A DNA stretch of 64,000 nt from Octopus sinensis (taxonomy: Eukaryota): NCBI RefSeq assembly GCF_006345805.1, contig NC_043006.1, positions 51,646,001-51,710,000 on the forward strand. The letters are read 5' to 3'. Position numbers and translations under genes: made by a program. This document shows, piece after piece, positions 49,195 through 61,610 of this stretch (position 1 is the first letter of the stretch; each line of letters begins with the position of its first letter). Under the pieces are notes generated by a model that saw only the letters and a program-made list of their open reading frames with translations, searched no databases and was not told the origin of the DNA.

Positions 49195-49601
49195 TAGAAC
49201 CATAATAACATACATATATACAGTATAAAATTCAATACATTTAAGATAAGAATACAAATAGTTAACAATTTATATTAATGTTTTTTTAATAACTGTTTGT
49301 ATTCTTATCTTAAATGTATTGAATTTTATACTGTATATATGTATGTTATTGTGGTTGTAGTTTTGTTAATTAAATAAGACAACATTCTAATATCCTAAAG
49401 CTGATAACCCAACTAATGTGTTTCTCCATTTTCTTATTTGTAATATATATCTTGTAACTATACATTCTTGAAGGTACTCTGATAAATTATAAACTTAACA
49501 ACACAGATATTTAGACATTTAATGTATAAAATAAATGTTTCATTTATGTTTAGAATGACTGTTTTCTCTTAGTTTTTACCTTACATACATATATATCCTT
49601 A

Positions 49602-49889
49602 CACAACAGCATCTAGACTCATCAGAGAATATGACAGTGTCTCAAAATGCTAGTGACCTCTCAACCATCACACTAGTTCTATCTTTTCTCTGCTTGATGT
49701 TGGCTGGTTGAAGAAGTGGCTTCCTTCTTGTTGTTCTGCCATAGTAACCAAGTTTGTGGAGATGCCTGACATCTGTTCTGGGACTGACATAAATTTGTTC
49801 TGCTATGTCAGAGGCCTTGCAATGAGGGTTATACTCCACACTTCTCTTAGCAAAGAGAAGGGTCCTGTCAAGAGGTTCACATATAGAAC
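49602..49889 (-). mobile_element. Tc1 transposase fragment
   Basis: DIAEQIYVSPRTDVRHLHKLGYYGRTTRRKPLL...VIFSDESR. Confidence 0.8.
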
Positions 49890-52314
49890 CTGAAATGTAA
49901 AATAATAATTAATAAAATAAATAATAATTAATAAAAAATATAAACCTTTACAAGTTAGAATAAACATAAAACGATGTTTTATGGGGTGTCTATTTGTGTG
50001 TGTATATTTCTATTTGCTTTGCCTTTTTGCCACTATATACACATATACACACATTATATACACCGAACAGGATGCATACATGCTAACAACATATGCACAC
50101 CAAGCAATATATATGAACACATCAAAAAGCATATACTGACATTATACACATCAAACAATATATGTACACATTGTATACACCAAATGACATATACACCACA
50201 CTTTAGGCATACTGAACAACATGCACACACATACTAACCAAACAAAATACACATTTACATACTAAACAATGGTCACACCAAAAATATGTATACCCACTTA
50301 CACACCAATGAGTAAGGGACCAAGACTTCTGGCAGTTTGCTCTGCTTGAGAAGTCATGTCAAACTAAGTAAACTTGTGGCTGTCCATACATACAGGCATC
50401 TCCTATATGGCTTTCTCTCAGCTGAGAGCTCCTAGTTTTGTGGGCTTGTGGGTGCTAGTGCCATGTAAAAGCACCCGTGCCAGTGTCACATAAGAGTGCC
50501 TGTGTTGGTGCCATGTAAAATGCGCCTGTACCAGTACCACGTAAAGGCACCTTGCTAAAAGAGACAAAATGGTGCCCAGGTAGCTCTCCAGCTGGCCAGC
50601 TTCTGTTAAACTGTCCAGCCCATAGCGGCATGGAGAATGGACATTAAATGATGATGATGATAAATAACATATACAAATATATACACCAAACAACTTGCAC
50701 ATTATTCATACCAAACAACATATACACAATAAGTAGTGTGTAGGCATTTATTGTACACACCAAACAAAAAGGGAGCTTCTAACTTGCTGTGCAACCTGCT
50801 GGGGGTTGCAGCCAAACCCCACCTCATATCATGTCCTGTCATTTTAAAGAAAGGAAGAACACATTGAATAATGTAGTTTTAGAGACTTAGATATTGCTGT
50901 CTAATGAAATGCAATATGCTAATGCACTCCATTAATAAACTAGATGATCACATTATACATTGTGAAAGAGAAATGTAAATAATGTTGTGAAATCATCATC
51001 ATCATTATTTAATGCCTGTTTTTCATGCTGGCATGGGTTGGATGGTTTGACCGGAAACTGGTAAGCTGGGGAGCTGCACCAGGTTCCAATCTGATTTGGC
51101 ATGATTTCTACAGCTGGATGCCCTTCCTAATGTCAACCACTCTGAGAGTGTAGTGGATACTTTTTATATGCCAGCAGCATGGGTGCCAGTTATGAAACAC
51201 AAGCATCAGCCATGTCTACAATCTCACTTGGCTCGACAGATTCTCTCAAGTACAGTTAAAATTCATGTGCAATAAATTGGTCATATTTCTACAATGCACA
51301 AAATATTTTAACATTTTTAAAAATACAATTCCTAATACTATTTAGTTATAAAAATAGAATAGAATTTTTTTTAGACATTGAATGGTTATAGGGTGGGGGG
51401 TCAAACCAAGTGAAATAGGAATGAAAGGGATGCGTAAGTAAACAAAAAAAAAATGTGTATGTAAATGTTTTCTAGGCAGCAGACACTAAGATGTAGTTTT
51501 ATGATGTTGTTTATATATGGTATTACTTGGATGTGAACTATGTATCCACCTGAATAGGATAGTATAGCAATCCATCTTAGCAAACACCTCCAGTTGATCT
51601 CTTATTTAGTTCTTCTGGCAGCAAGATAAACTGTAGTAATGTAGAATAAAGAGTTTTTTGCATGAAACATCAGCCTAGATCTAAACCCCTCACCTATCAG
51701 CATTAACAGCTAATCCAATATTTTATTCTACTTTATACACTCAGTTATTTCATCTCTATATCAGCTATATACTGGGGTACAAAGTCAATCTAGTTCAAAT
51801 GTCTCCTTCAAGTCAGCTGAAGAAATCTTTATGTATATTGTGTGTATTATAAATAAAAAAAGTTAGATTATTTGACTGTTTATTGGTTGTCGCCTATTGA
51901 TCGGGACATTGAAAATATTTAACTGTTTATTGGCTCTGATCTATTTATCAGAATACTGAAATCATTTGACTGGTTATTAGCTATGACTTATTGGCCAGAA
52001 TATTGAGATCATTTGGCCACTTACTGACCAAAAATTATCCAGAATACTAATTTCATTTGACCACTTACTTATTGGATGTTATATCTTTTAATTATTGTGT
52101 TTTAGCTAAGATGGAAGGGCAGTGCTTCCAAACAATCTGAGACCAGGGAGATTGACACAGCTGGTAATCTGTGTAAATCAATGTCTGTAGAAAATTTTTT
52201 GTTAGAATTGCAGTTAGTTTGTGAAATAATTTGATTTTTAATCTCAAAGATAATTAAATAATTATTTCTTTTACTGTTCCATCATTTAATTACTCTCTCT
52301 CCTACATGGTTTAG

Positions 52315-52526
52315 AGGAAGCTAAGAAACACTTGAGAAAGCTGATCACAGAATTTTTACAACAAAAAATCAATGAATTGAAATTGGCAGTGGCTGAAAAG
52401 TTGGAAGAATCTGAGAAGATAGTGAATAATAAACTGGAAGATGCTGGATACCGTGACTATACTAAAAAAATATCAAAGAGACTTAGCAAAACTGGGAAAA
52501 GACCATCAACCCTCTGTGAACATTAG
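52315..52526 (+). CDS. CFAP119: CFAP119 gene A terminal exon 9 (EEAKKHLRKLITEFLQQKINELKLAVAEKLEESEKIVNNKLEDAG...CEH*)
   Basis: Acceptor ctcctacatggtttag|. Coiled coil resembling [37 protein letters not shown]. The nine exons sum to 861 nt, one open frame. AATAAA at ~53182. Confidence 0.88.
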
Positions 52527-53382
52527 TTATATAATGGAATTTAATTTAGAAGGTAGAAGCATTCTAGTAGTATAACCTATATAAACCTATAAAATTAAAC
52601 ATTTCTTGTTTAGTTTTATGGTGAAGGTAAAGAATTATAATAGTTTGTTACTTATAAACAAATTAGGTAAAATATCTGGGAAAATATATGAAGTTCATGT
52701 TGTCCTCAAAGGCATCATGCCTATTATGATTAATTATTGAATGTGTTACTATTGATTATTAAAATCTTATGTTTTTTATGCCATTAGAAACCACCTGCCA
52801 TTTCTCTTTCTCTCTAGCTATTCTTTTAACTTACTACTTATCTAGATTCTTTATAATACCCTCTTTTCCTTTTTCCACCGCAATGCTTGTTTTGCTAAAC
52901 TTCTGTTTTCTTCTTAAAATAGAACCTATATATTTTTGTCATTTTTCAATGATAAAAGTTGATATGATTTGTCCAGAAACAGCATTAATTTTGTTGGTTT
53001 AAATTGTATTGATCTTATATACTACAGCCAATGAAGTATAATAATATTTTTAAACCAAAAGTTTGCAATTTTGTTTCTTCAGCTGTAAAATCCCCATTAA
53101 TGTGTAAACTTTTTTTTTTATAATCTCATGTTACTTTTTGTTAACCAATCACAAAACAATTTTTCCTCATGAATAGATCCCAATAAATTGTTACTTCACT
53201 TTATCTCTTGTTTGTTTTTCTTCTTAAGTTATATAAAGAATAATTCCAGACACTACTCAAGTAGTTTATTCACCTATTTGTATGTGCATTCAATTATTTA
53301 TCAATTCACAACAAACTGATTACAACTTTATTTTACCACCATCAATCTGAAGATGGTTGCATGCATGAACAAAAATTCATTA

Positions 53383-53743
53383 CATTCAACAGATATTTGT
53401 CCTCATTTTGCTTGATGTTAACATAACGTTTCGGCAGATATACCCTCCAGCCTTCTTCAGGTGTCTTAACCACTATGCCATATGCCCATGGGCATATGGC
53501 ATAGTGGTTAAGAGCGCGGGCTACTAACCCCAAAATTCCAAGTTCGATTCCAAGCAGTTACCTGAACAACAACAACATAGAAAAATACCTTAGGAATTAG
53601 AACCCAGGTTTGAAATTTCCCCAAGACACCCGAAGAAGGCTGGAGGGTATATCACCCGAAGTGTGTTAACAACTAACAAGATGACATATATCTGTCGAAT
53701 GTAAATAATGTGCATAATTCCTCATCTCTTAAATATAGAACTG
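53383..53743 (+). mobile_element. tRNA-headed non-autonomous retroelement with a hammerhead motif and an inverted 5' partial copy
   Basis: A box TGGCATAGTGG and B box GTTCGATTCC at 53497-53551. Flanking direct repeat aaaaattcatta (53371 / 53744). 53383-53467 is the reverse complement of ~53623-53703. Confidence 0.75.
53420..53467 (-). ncRNA. Minimal type-I hammerhead ribozyme motif (Penelope-like)
   Basis: GACAC-CTGAAGA-A-GGC..GCC-GAAACGTT-ATGTT: conserved core boxes and a palindromic ACGT stem III. Confidence 0.6.
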
Positions 53744-55824
53744 AAAAATTCATTAATATTTTCTTCCTCAAATATAGAAAATATACTACACTTTCTTTCT
53801 ACACTAATCAAGCAGGTTAAAGAATATGAACAACACATTTAATTAGATAATAAATTTTCCAGCTGTTTGTTAAATCAATACACATTTCTCAATATTAAAG
53901 ATCGATATAACATTTTAAATGTTATAAGTCACTCACACATATATATAAAAACAAGAAAATTGTGAAATAATGCTATTGTTCAATCTTCACAAGGGCTTGC
54001 CTGAAGATGGAGGCATTAAATCATCAGGTGAATTGTGAGAAACTCAAAGACTGTGAACACACGCACACAAATACTAATGACATGCACATATATACACATA
54101 CCCCAAATTATCTCACACAGCTAATTGTTATGTGTGCATGTGCATATCAGCATTTGTATGTGTGTGTGAATGTGCCGATAATTGTTTGAATCTCTATCCA
54201 TTGCACACCATTTCATCACCCCTTTGGTATTTTAATGTAGCTGAAGATACCAGAGAAACAGCTGTGTGATTATGTGTGCCAGCAGCATTCATCTGAATTT
54301 CTCTCTCTCCATCATGCACTTTTACCATCCCCTTTCCACAGTGTAACAAATTAGCAAGATAGATTTAGGAACCTGTTGTTAGCACTCTAATATGATATAC
54401 ATACACAGATAGCTGTATTATGGTACAGTTATTTAATAACTACATTAGTTGTTTTTATAAAAAAAAATTACTTGGTTGCATCTTCATAAATTTGGGAGGG
54501 GTGTAATCTTGTACATTTATGATGTACTTAAATACTATGAATGTCTCTTGCTATATGGTATGGCATGTGAAATTGTTAATTTGCATAATGGGAAAAGTGT
54601 ATATATTTGGAGCTTTAAACATCAGTCATTGTATTTATTGCAGAGCATTGATGAAGTAAAGTGCAAGATTGCATGTTTCTACATCTGTTACGTAATTATT
54701 ATGGTGGTTTGTTGAAATGTGTGTATGTTCTATAAAGTATCAAATACCATACCTGTTTTCTGTATATTATTTCTGGCTTGTATTTTGCATTCTTGCCTAT
54801 CCTGAGGTTGACACCCAACATTATGCTACCCTCAGTGGAATGTGAAACTCACTACTGAGTCCGATCTTTGTTTATGTCTTGTGCTTCACATTACCTTCTT
54901 ACAATATGCATGCATGTATTGAGATTGTAGTTTTTCAAATTGTTCAATGGTCTTTTGGCTAAAAAGAAAGTATAATTTTGAAATAGTTAAAATTTATTCA
55001 AGTTTCTGTATAGACTGTATCCTGAAATTAGTGGTTACACTTTACAATTTCTGTAAACAAGAAATCTCAACTTGAGGAAGCCATAATGTGAAGATTTAAG
55101 GTCTATAGTTTGTTAAATGAAATGCTAAACATTTTGCTTTATCACAGTCATTCCAATCTATATGTGCATAGTATCCTATGTACAAATAGCATCCTATACT
55201 ATATTCATATAGTATGCCATATACACTATGTACAAACTGGATTTTGAATTATGTTGATATAATGTCCTAGACAATGCAAACATATTACATGTTATGTTAA
55301 TACAATAAGCTATACTACCTTGATATTGTATCATATAATATGTAAATACAGTGCTTTATACCAAGTACATGTAGTGCCTTAAACCATATACATCATCATC
55401 ATTTAAAGTCCACTTTCCATGCTGGTATAGGTTAGACAGTTTGACTGAAGCTGGGGAGCTACACCAGGTTCCAGGCTGGCTTGGCAGTTCCTACAGCTGG
55501 ACGCCCTCCCTAACATATATGTAGTGTCCAGTCAATGTTACTGTCCTATACTATGTTGACATAGTGTACAGTAGCATGTACACACAGCATCCTATATACT
55601 ATGCTACTTTAGTGATTGTATTGTTATTATGGTGCTCTGAATTGTGTCATGTTATATGTGATATAGTGACATATTTTATTCATATAGAGTTAAATACTAT
55701 GAATGTATAGTGCAGGGACTATTTGTGATGGTCCTCCAAATATCTGTGGTATTGGGACTATGTATCTTTGTAAGGACACATGGAATGGATGAATTCTGTG
55801 GGTCAGAAAATGACTATTCAAATG

Positions 55825-56050
55825 GCCACAGAATCGTTAGCATGCCAGGCAAAATGCTTAGCAGTATTTCGTCTGCCGCTACGTTCTGAGTTCAAATTCC
55901 GCCAAGGTCGACTTTGCCTTTCATCTTTTCGGGGTCGATAAATTAAGTACCAGTTACGCACTGGGGTTGATGTAATCGACTTAATCCGTTTGTCTTTCCT
56001 TGTTTATCCCCTCTATGTTTAGCCCCTTGTAGGCAATAAGGAAATAAGAA
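55825..56050 (+). mobile_element. tRNA-SINE with a Meta-like central domain; another copy at 44350-44525
   Basis: gagttcaaattcc B box; gcctttcatcttttcggggtcgataaattaagtacc. Confidence 0.85.
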
Positions 56051-56355
56051 ATAAGAATACTTCTTGCTGAAGTTTAAGCAAGAGAAACTACATAAGAGCA
56101 ACAAATAAGAGAACTGTGTACGCAAGAGATGAATTTAAATCAAGATATGTTGCAGTTAATGGGTTCATGAAAAGTAGAACTACTGTTTAGCAACAATTCA
56201 GCTTTTATTAAACAGACATAAGATAAAAAATGCTCCAGCCAGGAATGTCCAGTCTTTCCTTAGATGTAGTGCACCTAGGATGACATTATGCAATGTAACC
56301 TTCAATATTTTTTTGTTTTGTAAGATGGTAAGTTGCTTTTGAAAAGAATGATATA

Positions 56356-56880
56356 CCGTAAATCCTCAAGTATAATCCGCACTGTTTTCCCAAAATTTAA
56401 TGGTCAAAATCCCTAGTGCATACTATATACGAGGTTAAAAAATAAAAGTATTTTCTAAGCAATGTCCGAGTCTCTATTTGCTGTCTGGCAATGTTTATTC
56501 AGATGCATTTTGGGATGTCGGGCGCGAAAATACCTTAATCTAAGCCTAAAAGCAATGAAGTCATAAAAGAATCATCCATAACTTGCAGTAAGCAACATTT
56601 ATTAAAATAAAAGTATTCAGAACACAGAATAACATGTAAAAAAAAAAACAATTTGCAAACATACCTACATTCCCATATAACAGTTAAGAACATCACCATT
56701 ATTGTATTACGCATGCGCGAAAGTGTTTGTTCGACTAGGTGCTGCTGGTTTAATTACACACGACTCAAGTTAGAGAAGGAGTGCGTATTATACACAAGGT
56801 TTAGGTTTTTCAGAAGTACAGCCCCCTAAAAATCCCCTGCGTATTTTACTCAAGGGCGGACTATACTTGAAGATTTACGG
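56356..56880. mobile_element. pogo/Tigger-like MITE
   Basis: TIRs ccgtaaatcctcaagtataatccgc / gcggactatacttgaagatttacgg with TA TSDs. Confidence 0.88.
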
Positions 56881-58397
56881 TAGTTCTGTTGAGCAGTTTG
56901 AGTGAATGCTAAGAAGGCCTCATGGTATCTCATGTTCTAGTTTAGTGCTTCTCATGGTGGGAGGTGTGTGAAGGAGGATGGAATGGCTGTTCTCTTATGG
57001 TTCTGGTGAGTATTGAAAAGGGGCAGACAAAATGCCATATTTAAAAATTGAGATGACTTTAAAATTGTCCATCAGCATGGCAAAAGAAGAAAAATCATAT
57101 TGATGCAAACTATATTTTATTTTCTCATTATTAAAGAAGGGTGAAACCAAATATTTCCCATAATATTTTGGCTGATAGTGTCTGGTATTTGTCAGTCTGA
57201 GAAGCACTGATCTATTGTATTGTTGATGCATCTAGAACAGAGTTCCTCAATCTTTTTGTCAAACTGGAGATGAAATATAAAATTTACTGGTGTGCCTTCA
57301 TGGAAGGTTAATAAGAAACTGCTTTAAAGTAAAAAATTTACAAAGCAATTGCAAATTGCCTCAAATACAAATACAACATGTGGCCTTTTGCATCATCACC
57401 ACCATCATCATCATTTAACTGGCATGGGTTGGACAGTTTGACAGGAGTTGGCCAGGCAGAAGCCTGCACCAGATTTCTGTGTCTGTTTTGGCAGGGTTTT
57501 TATAGCTGAATGTATTTCCTAAAACCAACCACCTGGCAGAGTGGGCTGAGTGCTTTTTACATGGCACAAGCACAGGCGAGGTCAGTATTAGCATAGTTTT
57601 TACAGATGGATGCTTTTCCAAATGCCAACCACTTTACAGTGTGGATTGGATGCTTTTTAAGTGGCACCGAACTTGGGGGCCCCCTTGGTCATGGCACTCA
57701 CTGACCTATGCTGGGGTGAATTTTCATCTCTCTTTGATATTTATTGCGTTTTCAACACAACAAATCAACAAGAAATTCTAGCTCAGGTCAAATATTGTGG
57801 TAACTGGCTGATCAACAATACTTATACATTAAGTATGCTATCTAGATGCCATACATTAAGTATGCCATTTAGCTTAACCATATTTGTGTACATAACACAG
57901 CCATGTTCAAGACACTGAAGCTTTAGTTTGAATTTTTTATAGAGTTAATATCATCATCATTTAACATCCATGTTCCATGCTAGCATGAGTGGGACAGTAC
58001 CACAAGAGCCAGCCAGGCTGAAGCCTACACTGGACTTCTGTGACTGTTTTGGCAAGATTTTTACAGCTGGATGCTCTTCCTAACACCAACCACTAAGCAG
58101 AGTGGATTTAGTGCTTTTTATGTGACACAAACACAGGCGAGGTGGGAAGTGCTTTTTATCCACAATGCATCTGGCTACTCATTGCACTACTTTAGTGCTC
58201 TATAGTGCACTGCTTGAGAACAACTGATCTTGATTATATAGTGTGTGTCTGTGTGTGTGTGTTTATAGTAGAGTGGGCTACGTGTATTGTTACTGTAGTA
58301 GTTTTTGAGTAATGTTTTGATATTCATGGTGGTTAAAATATTGATGAGATAGTGACTATGTATATTTATGTTACAGGGGTTGCTTTTATAGACATTC

Positions 58398-59001
58398 CTA
58401 CACATGTGTGCCCCACCGAATTTGCGTCCTCATAACTTTCAGAAAAATGTATATTTTAAAATAAAATTTTCTATAAATATGTTCCAGGTGGTGTAGATTC
58501 TGTTTATATTACAATTTGTTGCGTGGTGGGAAAATTTGTGAGTTGGGTTTTATTTCCTCGTAACATTAAGAAAAATAGATATTTTTTTAAATGAAATTTT
58601 CTACAAATACCTTTCAGATACTGTAGATTACAATTGTATCAACATTTCATATGAAAAAGAAAACAGGTGGGCTCTAACTACAAACACAGTGATGAAAATT
58701 GAAATTTTGAAAAATTTGTGTCAGTATGTATGTATGGGTGTCCAGCATTATTTTCTACATTACATTCCAATATAACTGTAATGTACATAATCTGAAAAAA
58801 TATTTGTAGAAAATAAAAAAAATAAATAAAAGATAGCCATTATCTGAAAGTCATAAGAAAACAAAACAGACTTGTGGGAAATTCCAATCTAATCAGAATC
58901 TACACCATCTGAAGCATATTTGTAGATAAATTTCATCAAATATATTAATTTTTCTGAAAGTTATGAGGAAACAAAGTCGGGGGCTTGACACACTTGTGTA
59001 G
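58398..59001. mobile_element. MITE-like element with ~105-bp TIRs
   Basis: ctacacatgtgtg...cctcataactttcagaaaaat / atttttctgaaagttatgagg...cacacttgtgtag. Confidence 0.7.
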
Positions 59002-59832
59002 CTATGTTGCGTTTATATTGGTAATGTAATGACCGTGTATATTGGTGGGGCAGTAGCTGTTCTTGGTATTGTGTTAAAGTGGATGTGTCTTAGTGTGTGC
59101 CTGTGCTCTTGTGTACTGTTGGTACTGTATTAACATTGTGGTCTGCCTAGTCGTTCTGGCGGTTTTGACCTTGTAGCAGTGATCTGGTATGTTTAAATGC
59201 TTCTGGGGGTAGAGTTTCGTATCAGGATGCCCACCCACATAAGCTAGATTTTCTCAGTTCTGATGGGGGAGTTTTCCAATTTTGTTTTCACCATGACCTT
59301 CGAAATGATAGGAGTCATCTCTCTATGGAAAAAAAAATGTTTTGAAGATTTATGATATTTTTTTCACTTTGCCTCTTACCTCCTCACCCCACTTCGGACC
59401 CAATTTTGGCCAATTTTTTTGGCTCTACGGACTTAAAAACCATGCGAGAAGTCATTCCTGTAGAAAAATAGTAAATATTTTTAGATGAAAATGTGTGAGA
59501 TTTAAGGGAGATTTGGCACATTCCACGTCCACCTTCCTCGTTTCTTTGTTACTCCCACATGCATTGATATATTTCAATATTTTTCTCCCCATAAACACAT
59601 TTTATGTAATGGTGAAGAGGAATTAACACATAAGTGGTTCAATACTGGGATATAAGCAACAAAAATAAAAAAAAGGAAAAAGTAATCTAAATTTTTAAGC
59701 TCTCACCTGAACCAAGCGAGTGTGAGCGTGTGTGTAAGAAAAACATACTTACAAACAGAAAGGTATGCTATCAAAATATATTATCTTTTACAACCCCCTT
59801 TCTTTTAAATTACTGTGGTTAAATCCTAGCAT

Positions 59833-60208
59833 TACTAACAATAACTCTGAGCACCTTTCAAACTCCACCTGTCTAACACCCGTGGACATGTTTACAAAGT
59901 CAGAAAACAGCACAGCTCCCATGACATTCTGAAACACTTTTTCACGCTAAGAGTTGCTGAAGTATGGAACAAACTGCCGGCATCAGTTGTTAGTTGTCGA
60001 AGCACCGCATCCTTCAGAACTTCCAAAATCAGGTGATTCGCCAACACTACACCTGATTTTCTCCCCTCCATACAACGCAAGCATGTATTTGACTCATACA
60101 CTGTTCACTTTCCAGACATTTCTACATTACTGCATATGCTTTATGCACTTTTGACAAGTTGTGGTGCAAATGAGCACCGTATACAATAATTTCATTATTA
60201 TTATCATT
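59833..60208 (+). mobile_element. CR1 3' fragment (same family as 6010-8812); shorter copy at 62262-62443
   Basis: Near-identical to 8424-8800, ending in (ATT)n. Confidence 0.92.
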
Positions 60209-60615
60209 AACTTTATCAGGCTCTCTAATATTATAAACAGAAACAAGCCGGGAAGGAAGGGTTTGAAAAAAATCGTAATTTTTCAAAAATTGTTTTTATA
60301 GCGTAAATGGGTTTATAGGGAGAAAAATATTGAAAAACATCAATACATAGAAAGACGAGGAAGGTGGTCGTGGGATGTACGAGAAACAACAGCAAACTCT
60401 CCCTTAAATCACACATTTTCGTTTGAAAATATTTACAATTTTTTTCTTACCTGTAAAGGCTTTTCCCCGTGGTTTTTGAGTGCGTAGTGCCAAAAAAATT
60501 GGCTAAAATCGATCTGGAGTGGGACAATAAGAAGGATGAAGTGAAAAATAAATTAAACGTTTTTCCAAAGGGCTTTTGTTTAAAAAGATGCTTCCCCTAC
60601 TCATCTCGAAGCCAT

Positions 60616-60698
<83 letters not shown>

Positions 60699-60768
60699 AC
60701 AAAATGGGAAAATCCTCGTCACAACGGAGAAAATCCAAGTTATGTGAGAGTCCTGATCCGAAACTTGA

Positions 60769-60966
60769 CACAAACACATTCATACAGGAGAGAAGCCATT
60801 TCACTGTCATATATGCAATAAATCATTCTATAAAGGAACTACCTTAACTAAGCAGAAATTTACACAAGAGAGAGTGTACATCTTTGCAGTATTTTATGGT
60901 AAATCATTCCCTCAGAATGATACCTCAAATACTCACAAATGTACCTATACACGAGAGGCCATATGA
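60769..60966 (+). pseudogene. Degenerate C2H2 zinc-finger array relic
   Basis: HKHIHTGEKPFHCHICNKSFYKGTTLT...YGKSFPQND...THK. The later Cys/His ligands are lost. Confidence 0.75.
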
Positions 60967-61099
60967 CATAAAATCTTTATTATGATCAAACAGATCGTAC
61001 ATAGAAAAGGGCATTACAAGACAAACAAATACAAATATGTTAAATGAGTTCGATTGGGCATTATGTTAAAAATTTGCTCAGAAAATATTTTATATAACG

Positions 61100-61610
61100 A
61101 TTAATTTTTACCTTAAACTAGAACTTTTTTTAAAAAACAAAAACAAAGAAAGAAAACGAATAAAAGTTCAAAAAGATCGAACCCGGCAGCCTATAAGGCC
61201 CAGCGACTATCTTTTCCTTTCATCAATGATTAAGCTGGGTTACTAACACCCACCTTTCTCATCACATCCTTCCATCGTTTCTCGTATTCACTCGGTGGCA
61301 GGGTCTTCCTCTCCAACCCCATCTTGCTCTTCAGATGGTATCTGAAGTAAGACAGCAAACCGGAGCCAGAGATGAAGGACCCTGTCACAGAACCTTCCAT
61401 TCTAGTCCTCCAAACACACGCTTTCAGTACTGCAACCGTACAGTAAAAATATGCCTTACCTTCCTTTGAGAGTCCAGTTGGTGGTATCATCTTTATTATA
61501 GATCCAGCTGATAGCTGTACTCGTTCCAGATGCGATAGCAGGTGTTCAACGTAACTTATCAAGCTGGATAGCTTCCGACATCGTACAAAAGCGTTGGACA
61601 ATTTCATTTA
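61100..61610 (-). mobile_element. L1/Tx1-clade LINE 3' fragment
   Basis: VAVLKACVWRTR...LLSYFRYHLKSK..ERK...KRW, homologous to 36600-36800. Confidence 0.7.

Larger units (their letters stand above)
48802..49443. repeat. AT-rich palindromic element; left arm interrupted by a retro-insertion
   Basis: 48802-48894 plus 49204-49264 are the reverse complement of ~49290-49443. Confidence 0.85.

Noticed and set aside
52106-52163. Exon-like segment (tttag|CTAAGATGG...CTG|gtaatc; LRWKGSASKQSETREIDTA)
   Set aside because: Its 3' phase fits exon 9, but it needs a phase-0 upstream donor and exon 8 ends in phase 1. Left out unless an unseen exon or alternative donor exists.
53489-53555. Functional tRNA gene
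   Set aside because: No proper acceptor stem or terminator; it is the head of a repeat element.
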